Part shown: one piece after another, positions 1-10,900 of the stretch
How positions within the stretch are numbered: position 1 is the first letter of the stretch
Layout of the letters: every line of letters begins with the position of its first letter
Origin: Mycoplasma mobile 163K
Lineage (GTDB): Bacteria > Bacillota_I > Bacilli_A > Mycoplasmatales > Metamycoplasmataceae
DNA: 32,000 nucleotides
Assembly: GCF_000008365.1 (NCBI RefSeq)
Contig: NC_006908.1
Location: 420,001 to 452,000, forward strand
Direction of reading: 5' to 3'
Made by a program: the position numbers and the translations under genes
The notes under the pieces: model-generated
Database searches by the model: none
What the model saw: the letters and a program-made list of their open reading frames with translations, nothing else
Told to the model about the DNA's origin: nothing

Positions 1-3000
1 AGTACCATTAGCATTATTTGGGATTATTTCTAAAATTTCTAAATCAACACCCTTATTATCAAAATTTTTAATAAATTTAATGTCAGAAGCAGCAATTTCT
101 GAAGGCAATTTATTTTGTTTTTCGATTTCAAAAATTTCTGCCTTAATTGCATTAATAATTTCATTTAAATGATCTTGATTTGTTTGAAATTTTGTGATAG
201 TAATTTCTTTTTCTTTTGAAATTCCTGAAATAGAAGCTTTTAAAGTTACTTTTAATTCTCCTTTTGTATCATCATCACTATTTGCTTTAAAAATAAGTTC
301 AAAACTTACCCCATTAGATATTGTTGGATTAGAAATAAAGTTTTTTAAAGTTTCAGCAGTTATTGTTGAAGGTAAAGTAGTTGCAAAAGCACTTAAATTA
401 GCTTCGATAGTAGTAATTTTTGCTAATTCTTGATCTAATCTTTGATCAATTGTTTGAAATTTTGTGATAGTAATTTCTTTTTCTTTTGAAATTCCTGAAA
501 TAGAAGCTTTTAAAGTTACTTTTAATTCTCCTTTTGTATCATCATCACTATTTGTTTTAAAAATAAGTTCAAAACTTACCCCATTAGATGTTGTTGGGTT
601 AGAAATAAAGTTTTTTAAAGTTTCAGCAGTTATTGTTGAAGGTAAAGTAGTTGCAAAAGCACTTAAATTAGCTTCGATAGTAGTAATTTTTGCTAATTCT
701 TGATCTAATCTTTGATTTCCACTTTGGTCAGTTGTTTGAAATTTTGTGATAGTAATTTCTTTTTCTTTTGAAATTCCTGAAATAGAAGCTTTTAAAGTTA
801 CTTTTAATTCTCCTTTTGTATCATCAGCACTATTTGCTTTAAAAATAAGTTCAAAACTTACCCCATTAGATGTTGTTGGATTAGAAATAAAGTTTTTTAA
901 AGTTTCAGCAGTTATTGTTGAAGGTAAAGTAGTTGCAAAAGCACTTAAATTAGCTTCAATAGTAGTAATTTCTGCTAATTCTTGATCTAATCTTTGATCA
1001 ATTGTTTGAAATCCGCTAATATCAAAATCTTTAGTTACTTTAGATTCTCCAATTGAACCTTCAATAGTAACTGTTAGTGTTCCGACCTCATCATCTTGTA
1101 ATTTTACATTTATAAATTTAAGATTTATACCTTCTACAATCGGTAGACTATTAAAGAAAGAAGCAACATTTTCAACTTTTACTTCTAAAGGTAAAGTAGT
1201 TGCAAAAGCACCTGTTTTTACTAGGTTAATTTTATCAAGTTCTACTTGAATTTTAGCTTTATTTCTTTGATCAATTGTTTGGAATTCGATAATATCAAAA
1301 TCTTTAGTTACTTTGATTTCTCCAATTGAACCTTCAATAGTAACTGTTAGTGTTCCTGTTGTATCATTTTGTGATTTTACACTTATAAATTTAAGATTTA
1401 CATCTTTTACAGGTTTTAGAATTTCAAAGAAAGAAGCAACATTATCAAGTTTTACTTCTAAAGGTAAAGTAGTTGCAAAAGCACCTGTTTTTACTAAAGT
1501 AAGATTATTAAGTGCTGCTTGAATTCTTTGGTTTGGATCTAGTTCTTTTCTTTGATCTTCAGTTTGAAATCCTATAATAGAAATATCTCTAGAGATTTTA
1601 ATATCTCCAATCGAACCTTCAATAGTAATGCTTAGAGATCCATTTTTATCATTTACTAAACTTAGATTTGTAATTTTAAAACTTACTCCTTCAATTATTG
1701 CTGGAATCTCAATTAATTTAGTAACATTTTCAGGTTTTACTTCTGAAGGTAAAGTTGTGTCAAATGTGTTAATTAATTTTGGAACAATTTCATTCAATTT
1801 TCTTTGAATAAGTGCATTTTGCTGTTCAATACTTTCTGCTCTTTCATCTATTGTTTGGAATCCTGTAATAAGAATGTCTTTACCAAAAGAGATATTGCCG
1901 ATAAAAGCTTGTAAATTAACTTTTAATTCTCCTTTTTGATTATTAAATAAGTTAGGTAAAAAAACAAATCTAAAACTTACATCATTAGTATCGCTAGGTA
2001 ATTGATTTTTAATAAAACTATCTAAATTATTTGCATCTACTTCTGAAGGCATAGTAGTTTTAAAATCACCCATATCAACTTTTAAAGTTGTAGAAGTAAT
2101 TTTATCTAATTCTTGTTTTACTCTTTCTAAAGATGATTGAAACCCTGTGATAAAAATTTCTTTTTGATCGGTTTTATCTCCAATAAAAGCTTGTAAATTA
2201 ACAGTTAATTCTCCTGATGCATTAGTAAACTTATTAGGAATAAAAATAAGTCTAAAACTTACAGAATTAACAGTTGCTGGATTTTTTATAAAAGAGTTTA
2301 AATTTGTATTAGATACCCCTGAAGCTAAAGTTGTATTAAAATTACCTTGATCGGCTTTAAGAGTACTAATTTTATCTAATTCTTGTTTTAATCTTTGAGC
2401 TATTGTTTGGAAGTTTTTAACTTGAACCATTTTTTCTGACTTAATATTGTCAATAGAACCTTCAATATTAACAAAAAGAGTTCCTTCATCATCATTTGGT
2501 GAAGTAACTGATAAGTATTTAAAGCTAACACCATTTTGATCTTGTAAAGGTGAAAATAAACCAGCAATATTTGTAGAATTTACTTCTGAAGGCATAACAA
2601 TTTTAGAAGCTTCTAAGTTTGTTAGAGTTTCAATTTTATCAAGTTCTGCTTTAATTTGAGCAGTTTTAATTATTAAGTCCCTTTGAGCTCTTGTTTGGAA
2701 TCCTGTAATTATAACTTCTTTTGATTCTGGTTGAATTACTTGACTTGGATCATCTAAATCTTCAGGCTCTCTACCAACAATATATGCTTGTAAAGTTGCT
2801 GTTAATTCACCTTTTACATCATCAGCACTATTTGCTTTAAAAATATATCTAAAACTTACTCCATTTGATGTTACTGGGTTTAAAATAAAGTTATTTAAAT
2901 TTTGAGCACTTACTTCTGAAGCTAAAGTTGTTAAAGAACCAACTAAAGTTGCTTCATGTTTATTTTGTTTTGTTAGTTCTTTAGAGATTAATTCTTTTCA

Positions 3001-3678
3001 TTCTTCAAGTGTTAATTCTCTAGTTTGGAATTCTGTAATAGTAATTGTTTTAGAATCTTTAATAGTTCCGATTGAAGCTTCTAAAGTAACACTTAAGCTT
3101 CCTAATCCATCATTAAAACTATTAGGAAGAAAAATAAGTTTAAAACTAACACCATTTTTAGAAGCTGGATCAGATACAAAACTACTTAGAGTTGATGAAG
3201 TTACATTTGAAGCTAAAGTTGTAGCAAAATTACCTTTATCAGCTTTAAGAGTACTAATTTTATCTAATTCTTGTTTTAATCTTTGACTAATAGTTTGAAA
3301 TCCTGTAATAGTGATTTCTTTAGTTCTACTATCGGTCCCAATTTTACCTGTCAAAGTTAAAGTTAAAGTACCTGTGGCAGCATTTATAGGAGTTTTTTCA
3401 GAAAGAGCATAAGAAAAGGCAACACCATTAATAGTGGTAGCATTATTTTTTGTTATTTCAGTTTGTAAATTATTTGCATTAATTTCTGAAGCTAATTTGT
3501 TTTTATCTTTAATAAGAAAATTATCTTTAGTAATTTTTGCAAGTTCAACATCAATTTTTTTAATATTGTTAGCATTTTCTGATGTATTAGTTGCACATGC
3601 AACAACTGTTATTGGTAAAATTGCAATTGCACTAAGTGTACCAATTCCAATTAAATATTTCTTTTTCATTTTTAACAT
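1..3678 (-). CDS. Large repeat-built surface lipoprotein, partial (C-terminus lies beyond window start); at least 12 tandem ~90-100 aa modules
   Basis: ATG at 3678 is preceded by AAAGGAA. Signal peptide plus lipobox MLKMKKKYLIGIGTLSAIAILPITVVAC/ATN. Track ORF 2998..3678 ends at TGA (tca 2998-3000). The same frame (forward triplets at positions 1 mod 3) matches the module junctions I checked at 451, 1561 and 2695 and is open over 1-190. Each module ends in I(T/S)(G/K/E)FQT..QR and carries LASEV / NGVSF / G(E/T)L..L motifs resembling the Mollicutes lipoprotein-associated (Pfam Lipoprotein_17-like) repeat. Confidence 0.85.
181..1002 (-). repeat. Three near-identical in-frame tandem repeats (270, 282, 270 bp) inside the large lipoprotein gene
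   Basis: The string tgtttgaaattttgtgatag recurs at 181, 451 and 733, and a diverged copy starts at 1003. The antisense track ORFs 194..433, 464..703 and 746..985 are almost identical 79 aa strings. Unit 2 carries a 12 bp insertion (around 716-730). Confidence 0.95.
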
Positions 3679-3933
3679 AAAATATAATTCCTTTTCATAT
3701 TTGTTTTTGTTTTAGAATAATGTTATCTATTATAAATAATTCCAATATTCTTTAATTCTTTAATATTTTAGCAAAAAATATAATTTTAAAAATAAAATTT
3801 GTTAAATAAAAATAAAAATTACAATTTATTAAAATTTACTAAATCTAGAAGAAGATAAGAAATTTTATAAATTTTTTTAGTGTAAAATTTATAAAGTATT
3901 GAAATAAAAAATTTAATGAAAAAGGAGTTTGTA

Positions 3934-4920
3934 ATGGAAGAATTAGTAAAAAGTAAAATAAATTTCATTATCTTTTATTTAAAAAGTGTAAAAACAAAGG
4001 AAAAAGAAGATGTTGAAGAAATCATTGATTTTAGTGCAATTAAAATTAGTGATAATAATGTTGTTGATTTTATGCAAATTTTCATCAAGCCAATTAATGA
4101 ATATAATTCATTTAATTTTATTGAAACAGGAATTGAAGAAAAACATTTACTTGAATTTGGTTTAGATAAAGTTGAAGCTTATGAAAAAATTAATCACTTT
4201 TTTAATTCTAATGATTATGTAATTGATTTTGGTTTTAATTTTAAAGATTTAATTTTATTAAAAACTGAAATTAGTAAATATATTAATCCTAATTTTTTAA
4301 ATTCAAATACTGTTATTAATTTAAAAAGCCTTTTAAAACAAATAGTTAATCATAATATTTTTAAACTAAAAGATTTAGCCATTTATTTTAATCAAAAAAA
4401 CCAATTTTTACCAAATGTTTATTCAAATGTAATTTTATTAAGTAAAGTTTTTATTTCATTTGATTATTTATTAGAAAGAAATAAAATTAGTATTATTCAT
4501 AAAACTAATTTTAAAAAAAATGAATCATGAAATGAATTATTTGTCACTGAAGAATTATTAAATAATTTGAAAAAAACTTCTAAAACTATAATTGATTCAG
4601 ATTTATTTAATAAGAAATTATTAAAATTTAAAATTTCTTTAAGACTAAAAATTGAAAATAAATTAGATTTAAGTTTGAAAAAAAACCAAAGATTTTTAAT
4701 TTCAGATATTTTAGAAAGCCAAGAATTGAATTTAGATGATTTATACAAATCAAAAGAAATTCATGATAGTGTTGAATTTGCTTTAGATGAATTAAGAACT
4801 TTTCAAGATAATAAAAAGAAATTAAAACAAAAAATAAAACCTAAAAAGGAAGAAGATATTTATAAGTATTCTAACATTAGAAAAGAAAAAGCTTCTAAAT
4901 CTAAATTAAAGAAAAAATGA
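3934..4920 (+). CDS. Hypothetical protein, N-terminal half weakly resembling a degenerate DEDD (DnaQ-like) exonuclease fold, Lys/Glu-rich C-terminal tail
   Basis: Strong SD AAAGGAG lies 6 nt before ATG 3934; an alternative in-frame ATG is at 3916. Track ORFs 3916..4530 and 4567..4920 are in frame and joined through TGA at 4528-4530. The stop is TGA-TAA at 4918-4923: TGA 4918-4920 reads as Trp in code 4, so the end may be 4923. A palindromic terminator follows. Confidence 0.6.
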
Positions 4921-4928
4921 TAATAATA

Positions 4929-4950
4929 AAAACATCATTAATGATGTTTT
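4929..4950. terminator. Bidirectional rho-independent terminator between convergent genes
   Basis: Perfect palindrome AAAACATCATTAATGATGTTTT flanked by A/T runs, between the 3934..4920(+) and 4993..5673(-) genes. Confidence 0.7.
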
Positions 4951-4992
4951 TATTGATAATTTTGAAAAATAAATAATTTGTTAAAAATCAAT

Positions 4993-5673
4993 TTAAATTT
5001 TCTTAAATCCATCAACAGTTAAAACTTTAGAAACACTTCCACCATTAAAACTTGCTGTTAATCTTAAAGCTAAAGTTCCTGTTGTATCATCTGTTTTAAT
5101 TTGCTCCATTGAAGTTGAAAAAATAGGACTTAAAGTAAATCTTACACCATTACCTAAAGGAAAAGGAGTTTGAACAAAAAGATCTAAATTACTAATGTCA
5201 ACACTTGAAGCTAATGTAGTTGCAATTTGATTTAGTTGAGTTCTTTCTAAAACAGTAATTGGATTGATAGCTTCTTGAGCAATAGCTATATTTGCATTTC
5301 TTTGTTCAGTTGTTTGAAAACCTGAAATTTCTAGATTTTTAGTTCTTGTTAAAGAACGAATTGTTCCTGTGACAATTAAAGTTATAGTTCCTGTTGTATC
5401 ATTTACACTTTTTTGTTTAATTGAATAAGTAATGCTAACACCATCAATTACTGCACGAGTTATTGTTAGTTCCGTTGTTAAATTAGTTAAATTAATTTCT
5501 GAAGCTAATTTATTTTTATTACTAATTGTAAAATTTGTTGCAACAATTGAATTTAAAGCACTTTCAATTTTTGAACTATTAGAAGCACAAGCAACAACAC
5601 TAATTGGTAAAATGGATACCACTGCTAAGGCCCCTATTCCAATAAGTGATTTTTTATTTATTTGTTTAAACAT
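4993..5673 (-). CDS. Surface lipoprotein, two-module paralog of the family
   Basis: Signal peptide plus lipobox MFKQINKKSLIGIGALAVVSILPISVVAC/ASN. Modules end in ISGFQTTEQR and VDGFKKI. True TAA stop at 4993-4995. SD AAAGGAAAAAAAG precedes the ATG. Confidence 0.85.
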   Translation of the reverse strand: MFKQINKKSLIGIGALAVVSILPISVVACASNSSKIESALNSIVATNFTISNKNKLASEINLTNLTTELTITRAVIDGVSITYSIKQKSVNDTTGTITLIVTGTIRSLTRTKNLEISGFQTTEQRNANIAIAQEAINPITVLERTQLNQIATTLASSVDISNLDLFVQTPFPLGNGVRFTLSPIFSTSMEQIKTDDTTGTLALRLTASFNGGSVSKVLTVDGFKKI

Positions 5674-6019
5674 CTTTTTTTCCTTTATAAATTTTTTATA
5701 TTTAAGTTTTATACATTATAAATTATAAAACTTTTTTTACTTAAGTTAAATGTATAAAATTCCTTTTAAGAAGTTTTAATTGTTTTTCAAAATAAACCAA
5801 ACAATTAAATTATTTTGTATATTACTTAGAATTGTGAATTGTTTAATTTATGTTAAATGGATTAGTAATCCAAGTGTTATGCTTTAATCAAAAATATTGA
5901 ATTTAAATAAACTTTCAAAAATTATCGAATTTATAAAAGAACTGCATATATTGTTATTTTTTTTATTGCAAATACATTTTAATATTTTTAAGAATAAGAA
6001 GTTATTTTTAAAAATATTA

Positions 6020-6045
6020 AAATAAAGACTAAATAGTCTTTATTT
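6020..6045 (-). terminator. Rho-independent terminator of lipoprotein gene 6058..8127
   Basis: Hairpin AAATAAAGACT-AAAT-AGTCTTTATTT lies 13 nt after the TAA stop and is followed by a T run on the minus strand. Confidence 0.65.
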
Positions 6046-6057
6046 ATTAGTTTGTAA

Positions 6058-8127
6058 TTAAACTGGCATTGATTGTTCAAGTGATACAGGTGTTGTTCTA
6101 AAAGTATTAATATTATCACCACCAATATTTCCAGGAATTACTGGATTACCTCCAGAGATAGTACTATCAAAAGGTAAGTTAATACTAAAAGGATTTTGTA
6201 ATACTCTATCAGTACCTGTTCCTACAAATTTTGGATTTATAATACTTCATCTAAATGAAGCAATTCCATTAAATGCTAATCTTAAGTTTCTATCTTCTAA
6301 GTCTTTTTTGAATCTTGGAATGTTATTGTCATTAAATAATACATTTCCTTCAATATCTTTTGCTCAAAAATCTGTTGGTTTAACAATAACTCCAAAAGCT
6401 CCTGAATTTGGACCTTGTATACTTGTTGAAATTAAATCAGTAAAATTACGTCCTGCTCCTCTACTTGATGTAATTAAAGACCTTGAACTACGTTCAAAAG
6501 TAAATAACTTATCTAATATTGTACTAATTGCAGTAAACCCTTTTAATTCTTTTGAAAAACTTACTGCATTTTCATCAAGTGTACCATTAATTGTAATTTT
6601 CATATCTGTTGAATCTTTTGTAAAAGTTGTTACATCTCCATTTAAATCTGTGATTTGATAATTTGCAAGTGTAAATCTACTTGCATTAGTTGTTCCAAAA
6701 TCTTGATTTTTATTAATGATACCAATTTGTTTAATAAAACTTCTCATTGTATCAATGTTATTTTGTGTCAAAATATTTGTAACTGAAGGGGTAAAGAAAG
6801 TAGTATTTACTTCTGAATTAGATAATCCAAGTCAATCACCAAAGGCCATGGTTGCTGTTTTGAAATTATCTACATTTAATATTTTAGTTTTTAAAATTTG
6901 TCCTTCAAAAGAAGCAATAACTTTTACATTTAGAGTTCCAGCAGTATCATTAGGTGAATCTACTTCTAATGTAAAATTAACATTATTAATTGGATTTATT
7001 TTTACATTTTGGTTAATAAATTCATTTGTTGCTGAACTTGCTAAAATTTCACTAATTGCATTTGAATTATTAATAATTAAACTATTTTGAACAATTTCAT
7101 TATAAGTATTTTGTAATACAACTAAATCTTTAGCTCTTTGATCTGTTGTTTTAAATCCTGAAATTGTTAAAGGAGTAGTTGTTTCTCTTGTTGCGACTTG
7201 ACCATTTAAAGTTCCTGTTAGACCAAGAGTTAAAATTCCTGTTGTATCATTTGTAGAAATAATTGTAACTGCAAATACTACACCATTAGCAGAATTTGCT
7301 GGATTTTGAACAAAAGTTTTTAAAGTTTCTGGCTTAACTTCTGAAGCAAGAGTTGTTCCTTTTGGAGAATTAGTTGCTTCTGTTAGAGTATTAATTGCAT
7401 CAACTGCAGCTTGAGCAATTGCAAAATTATTCTGATCTGTTGTTAAAAATCCTGAAATTGTTAAAGGAGTAGTTGTTTCTCTTGTTGCGACTTGACCATT
7501 TAAAGTTCCTGTTAGACCAAGAGTTAAAATTCCTGTTGTATCATTTGTAGAAATAATTGTAACTGCAAATACTACACCATTAGCAGAATTTGCTGGATTT
7601 TGAACAAAAGTTTTTAAAGTTTCTGGTGTAACTTTTGAAGCAAGAGTTGTTCCTTTTGGAGAATTATCTGCTTCTGTTAGAGAAGTTATTGCATCAACTG
7701 CAGCTTGAGCTGTTGCTTTATCTGCAGCTTGAACTGTTGTTAAAAATCCTGAAATTTTTATTTCTTTTGTATTTTTATCAGTACCAATTGTTCCTGTGAC
7801 AATTAAATTTATAGTTCCTGTTGTATCATTTGGTTTTTTTGATTCTTCAGTTGCAAGAGTATATGTAAATTTAACACCGCTTGTTGTTGGACCGGTAATA
7901 TTTAAAACTACTTCTGTTTGTAAATTAGCTTCAGTAATTGAAGTTGCCATTTTATTTGATTTGTTTTCTATTTTAAAACTTGTTTCAGTAATCAAATCTA
8001 AAGCTTTTGTAATTTTTTGGGCATTAGTTTCATTGGTGGCACAAGCTACAATACTAATTGGTAAAACAACAGTTGCTGTTGTTAATCCTAAACCAATTAA
8101 AATTTTTTTGTTTTTTTGTTTAATCAT
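6058..8127 (-). CDS. Surface lipoprotein: four repeat modules plus a distinct ~255 aa C-terminal domain
   Basis: Lipobox MIKQKNKKILIGLGLTTATVVLPISIVAC/ATN. Track ORFs 6832..8127 and 6364..6771 are in frame. They are joined through TGA codons at 6832-6834, 6364-6366 and one more near 6250. I found no in-frame TAA/TAG between 6364 and the TAA at 6058-6060. Confidence 0.85.
7153..7743 (-). repeat. Two near-identical ~294 bp (98 aa) tandem units inside lipoprotein gene 6058..8127
   Basis: aaatcctgaaattgttaaaggagtagttgtttctcttgttgcgacttgaccattt... occurs at 7153 and again at 7447. The protein repeat is ...NSPKGTTLAS.V.PETLKTFVQNPANSANGVVFAVTIISTNDTTGILTLGLTGTLNGQVATRETTTPLTISGF. Confidence 0.95.
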
Positions 8128-8408
8128 TCTTTTTTATTCCTTATTTTATTTTAAATTTATTATACATATAAAATTACATTTTTTAAATATTGAAAATTTT
8201 TCTCATTCAATTTAATTAGAAATTTTTATTTTTATAAATTCACTAATTTTAATTTGTTTTGTTTAAATATTCAAAAGCAAGAATTTAATTGAGAGATTAA
8301 AATTAAAGTAAGAATTAATTAATTTTAATGATCTAATTTACTAAACATATAAATTTCTATTTTTGCAAATAATACTATATCTTATTTTAATTTAGATATC
8401 AAAAATAC

Positions 8409-8434
8409 AAAACACCAATTTTTATTGGTGTTTT
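8409..8434 (-). terminator. Rho-independent terminator of lipoprotein gene 8445..10685
   Basis: Hairpin AAAACACCAAT-TTTT-ATTGGTGTTTT lies 10 nt beyond the TAA stop at 8445-8447. Confidence 0.7.
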
Positions 8435-8444
8435 AAAAAATAAC

Positions 8445-10685
8445 TTAATTTTCTTTTGAAGAAATTGAAATAACTTTAGAAATGGTAAAATTAGAAATCC
8501 CTAAATCTAAAGAATCAATTGTTTCATCAAAATGAAAGCTTATTGTTAAAGTTTGGGAAATAATAATACCATTTTCTATTTTAGAATCTGAAGTTACTCA
8601 TCTAAAAGTATTAGATAAATATTTAAGTCCTCTTGCTTTTAAAGAAGAATCTAAAACTGGAATGCCATCAACTAAAATAATATTACCATCAACATTTCTT
8701 TCTCAAGCATCACCTAGTTTTACAACAATTCCTTGATTTATTAAGTTAAAATCTTCTCTTGAATTACTTGTAATATTTTCTAAAGTATTATTTGCAAAAC
8801 TCTCTTGTTCTAATTGTCCTTGAGCAATTTTCTCAATAATAATTAATGAATTAATAATACTTTCATCAATAGCACTAAAACCAATTAAATCTCTTTCATA
8901 AGTAATTGCAATTCCATCAAAAGTCCCATTAACAATAATTTTCATATTCTTAGTTTTTGAATCAAATTTTTCATTATTTACAGTTATAATTTGATATGAC
9001 TTAACAACTACTCTATTTGTATTAATATTTCCAAATTCATAAGCTGAATTAAAACCGATATCTTTTAATTTAATTTCCATTTCTTTAAAATTTATTTCTG
9101 TTAAATTTACTCTTGAAGGTGTAAAGAAATTAGAATCTATTTTCCCTTTAATTAAACCAAGAGCATCTGCAAAAGCTTCTTTAGCTGTTATAAATCCTCT
9201 AATAGTAATTTCCTTAGAAATTATAGAAGTTGATAAAGTTCCTGTTAATAATAAAGTAATAGTTCCTTTTTCATCATTATAAAAATTAGATTGTAATAAT
9301 TGATAATCAATATTTACTTTTTGTATAGATGAGTTAATATTAAATTTAATTAATTGTTTTAAATTAGAATCTAAAATTGAAGATGCAAGTTGCTTATAAT
9401 CTTTAACAAGAAAATTAGAAGCATTAATATTATCTAAAATTTGTTTAATTCTTTCGTCTGAAGTTTGAAAACCACTAAGAGTAATTTCTTTTGAAAAATT
9501 AATATCTTCAAGAGTACCTGTTATTTTTAAAATTAATTGCCCTAATTTATCATTTGGAATTTGCAATTCTGAAATACTATAAGATAATTTAAAATTATCT
9601 AATTTAACATCAAAAGAACTAAAATCAATTTCTAAACCTAAATTTTCATTATTAATTTCAGAAGGGATTTTTTTAGGATTGTTAATTTTAAAATGACCAC
9701 TATTAATAGTTTCTAAAATTTGTTCAATTCTTCCTTTTGAAGTTTGAAAAAAATTCACTATTATTTCTTTTGAATTTTTAAAACCATTATTTGAAATTGC
9801 ATTTAAAATTACAATTAAAGATCCTTCTTTATTATTACTTGAATTTTCTTTTAAATTAATTGAATAACTAATTCCTGTTATTATTTTTAAAGGAGTTTCA
9901 ATATAAGTATTTAGATCGCTATCTTTAATTTCCGAAGGAAGAAGAGAACTAAAATTACTTGTTTGAATTGGATTTAATTCTTTTACTAAATCTAAAGCAT
10001 CATTAATAATTGAACTAAAACCATTAATTGTAATTACTTTTTCTAATGTAATTGCATCTAAATTTTCTCTTTTATATATTGCAATAACTTTTAGATTTAA
10101 CTTACCTAATTCTTCATTTCCTTTAATTTGTTCTAAAGGTTCAAATAAAAATTCAACTCCACTATTTAAACTGGCTATTGGTAAAATAAAAGAATTTTTT
10201 AAAGTTATTTCATCAACTGTAAAAATAGGAATATTCCTTAAATTTACACCTTGTTTTACTAAAAAACTTTCTGAATTAATTTTTGCTAATTCACCTTGAA
10301 GAATGTCACTTATTTTTTTAAAGCCACTAATAGTAAAATTTTTGTTTGAAACATTTTTAGGTTTTGTTTTTAAATTGATAGCTAAATTTATTTTTAAAAT
10401 TCCTTCAAGATCATTTGCTTCACTAATTGTTAAATTAATATCAAAATCTGTATTTTCAAATTTAAAAGGTTCAATAATTTGATTTAAATTTTCATTTGTA
10501 ATTTTTGAAGGAAGTTGCTTTTCAGCATTTTCAAGCAATTTTATTTCACTAATATTTGCTAAAATTGTGTCTAAATTTACTTCATTTTGTTCATTTGTTG
10601 CACAAGCTACAATACTTATAGGAATAACAGCGACACTTGTTAGTGTTCCAAGACTTATTAATAATTTTTTGTGATTTAATTTCAT
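8445..10685 (-). CDS. Surface lipoprotein: five diverged repeat modules plus a C-terminal domain shared with gene 6058..8127
   Basis: Lipobox MKLNHKKLLISLGTLTSVAVIPISIVAC/ATN. Track ORF 8703..10685 ends at TGA (8703-8705). I translated the frame codon by codon through a second TGA (8598-8600) to TAA at 8445-8447. Module ends: ISGFKK, INGFSS, VNFFQT, LSGFQT, IRGFIT. Confidence 0.85.
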
Positions 10686-10722
10686 ATTTTCCTTTTAGAT
10701 TATTTTTTAACTTAAATATTTT

Positions 10723-10759
10723 ATAAAGTAACAATCTTATTTTAAGATTGTTACTTTAT
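10723..10759 (-). other. Perfect 17 bp stem / 3 nt loop hairpin 38 nt upstream of the lipoprotein start codon
   Basis: tataaagtaacaatctta-ttt-taagattgttactttata. It lies between a TATAAT-like box (minus strand, about 10783-10788) and ATG 10685, and has no U-tract after it on the minus strand. Confidence 0.6.
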
Positions 10760-10846
10760 TCCATATATCTTTATTATAAGTTAAGTGAAATATAAAATAT
10801 GAAGTTTTTGTTATTTTTTTAAAACTTAGGTCTTTATTTGATTCGG

Positions 10847-10888
10847 AAAATATATAAAAAGCATTTTAAAATGCTTTTTATATATTTT
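10847..10888. terminator. 42 bp perfect palindrome, probable bidirectional terminator
   Basis: aaaatatataaaaagcatttt/aaaatgctttttatatatttt (21 bp arms) lies immediately downstream, on the minus strand, of the lipoprotein remnant ending at 10901. Confidence 0.6.
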
Positions 10889-10900
10889 TAAAAATGAGAA

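Noticed and set aside
194-985. Three nearly identical 79 aa plus-strand ORFs (194..433, 464..703, 746..985), plus 1313..1522
   Set aside because: They are antisense shadows of the minus-strand lipoprotein repeats. They have no SD or signal features and hydrophobic nonsense composition, while the minus-strand frame carries the coherent module motifs and links to the lipobox N-terminus.
181-1002. Regularly spaced repeats that could be mistaken for a CRISPR array
   Set aside because: The units are 270-282 bp, contiguous, without unique spacers, and in frame within a coding sequence. No cas genes are present.
4497-4748. Minus-strand ORF of 83 aa
   Set aside because: It is antisense to the 3934..4920 gene and spans the TGA junction of that gene. 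No independent support.
3434-8215. Plus-strand ORFs 3434..3715, 5432..5728, 6308..6658, 6716..7090 and 7796..8215
   Set aside because: All lie antisense to well-supported lipoprotein genes. Long antisense frames are expected in AT-rich, codon-biased repeats.
3679-8444. Promoter-region homopolymers or dinucleotide tracts upstream of the lipoprotein genes as phase-variation switches
   Set aside because: Only short A/T runs (up to ~8 nt) typical of the background composition are present. I saw no long poly(A), poly(TA) or poly(GA) tract between candidate -35 and -10 boxes.
10847-10888. A 42 bp perfect palindrome as a possible recombinase or inversion site
   Set aside because: There is no recombinase gene and no partner copy in the window. 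Its position right after a gene end and its A/T-run flanks fit a bidirectional terminator.
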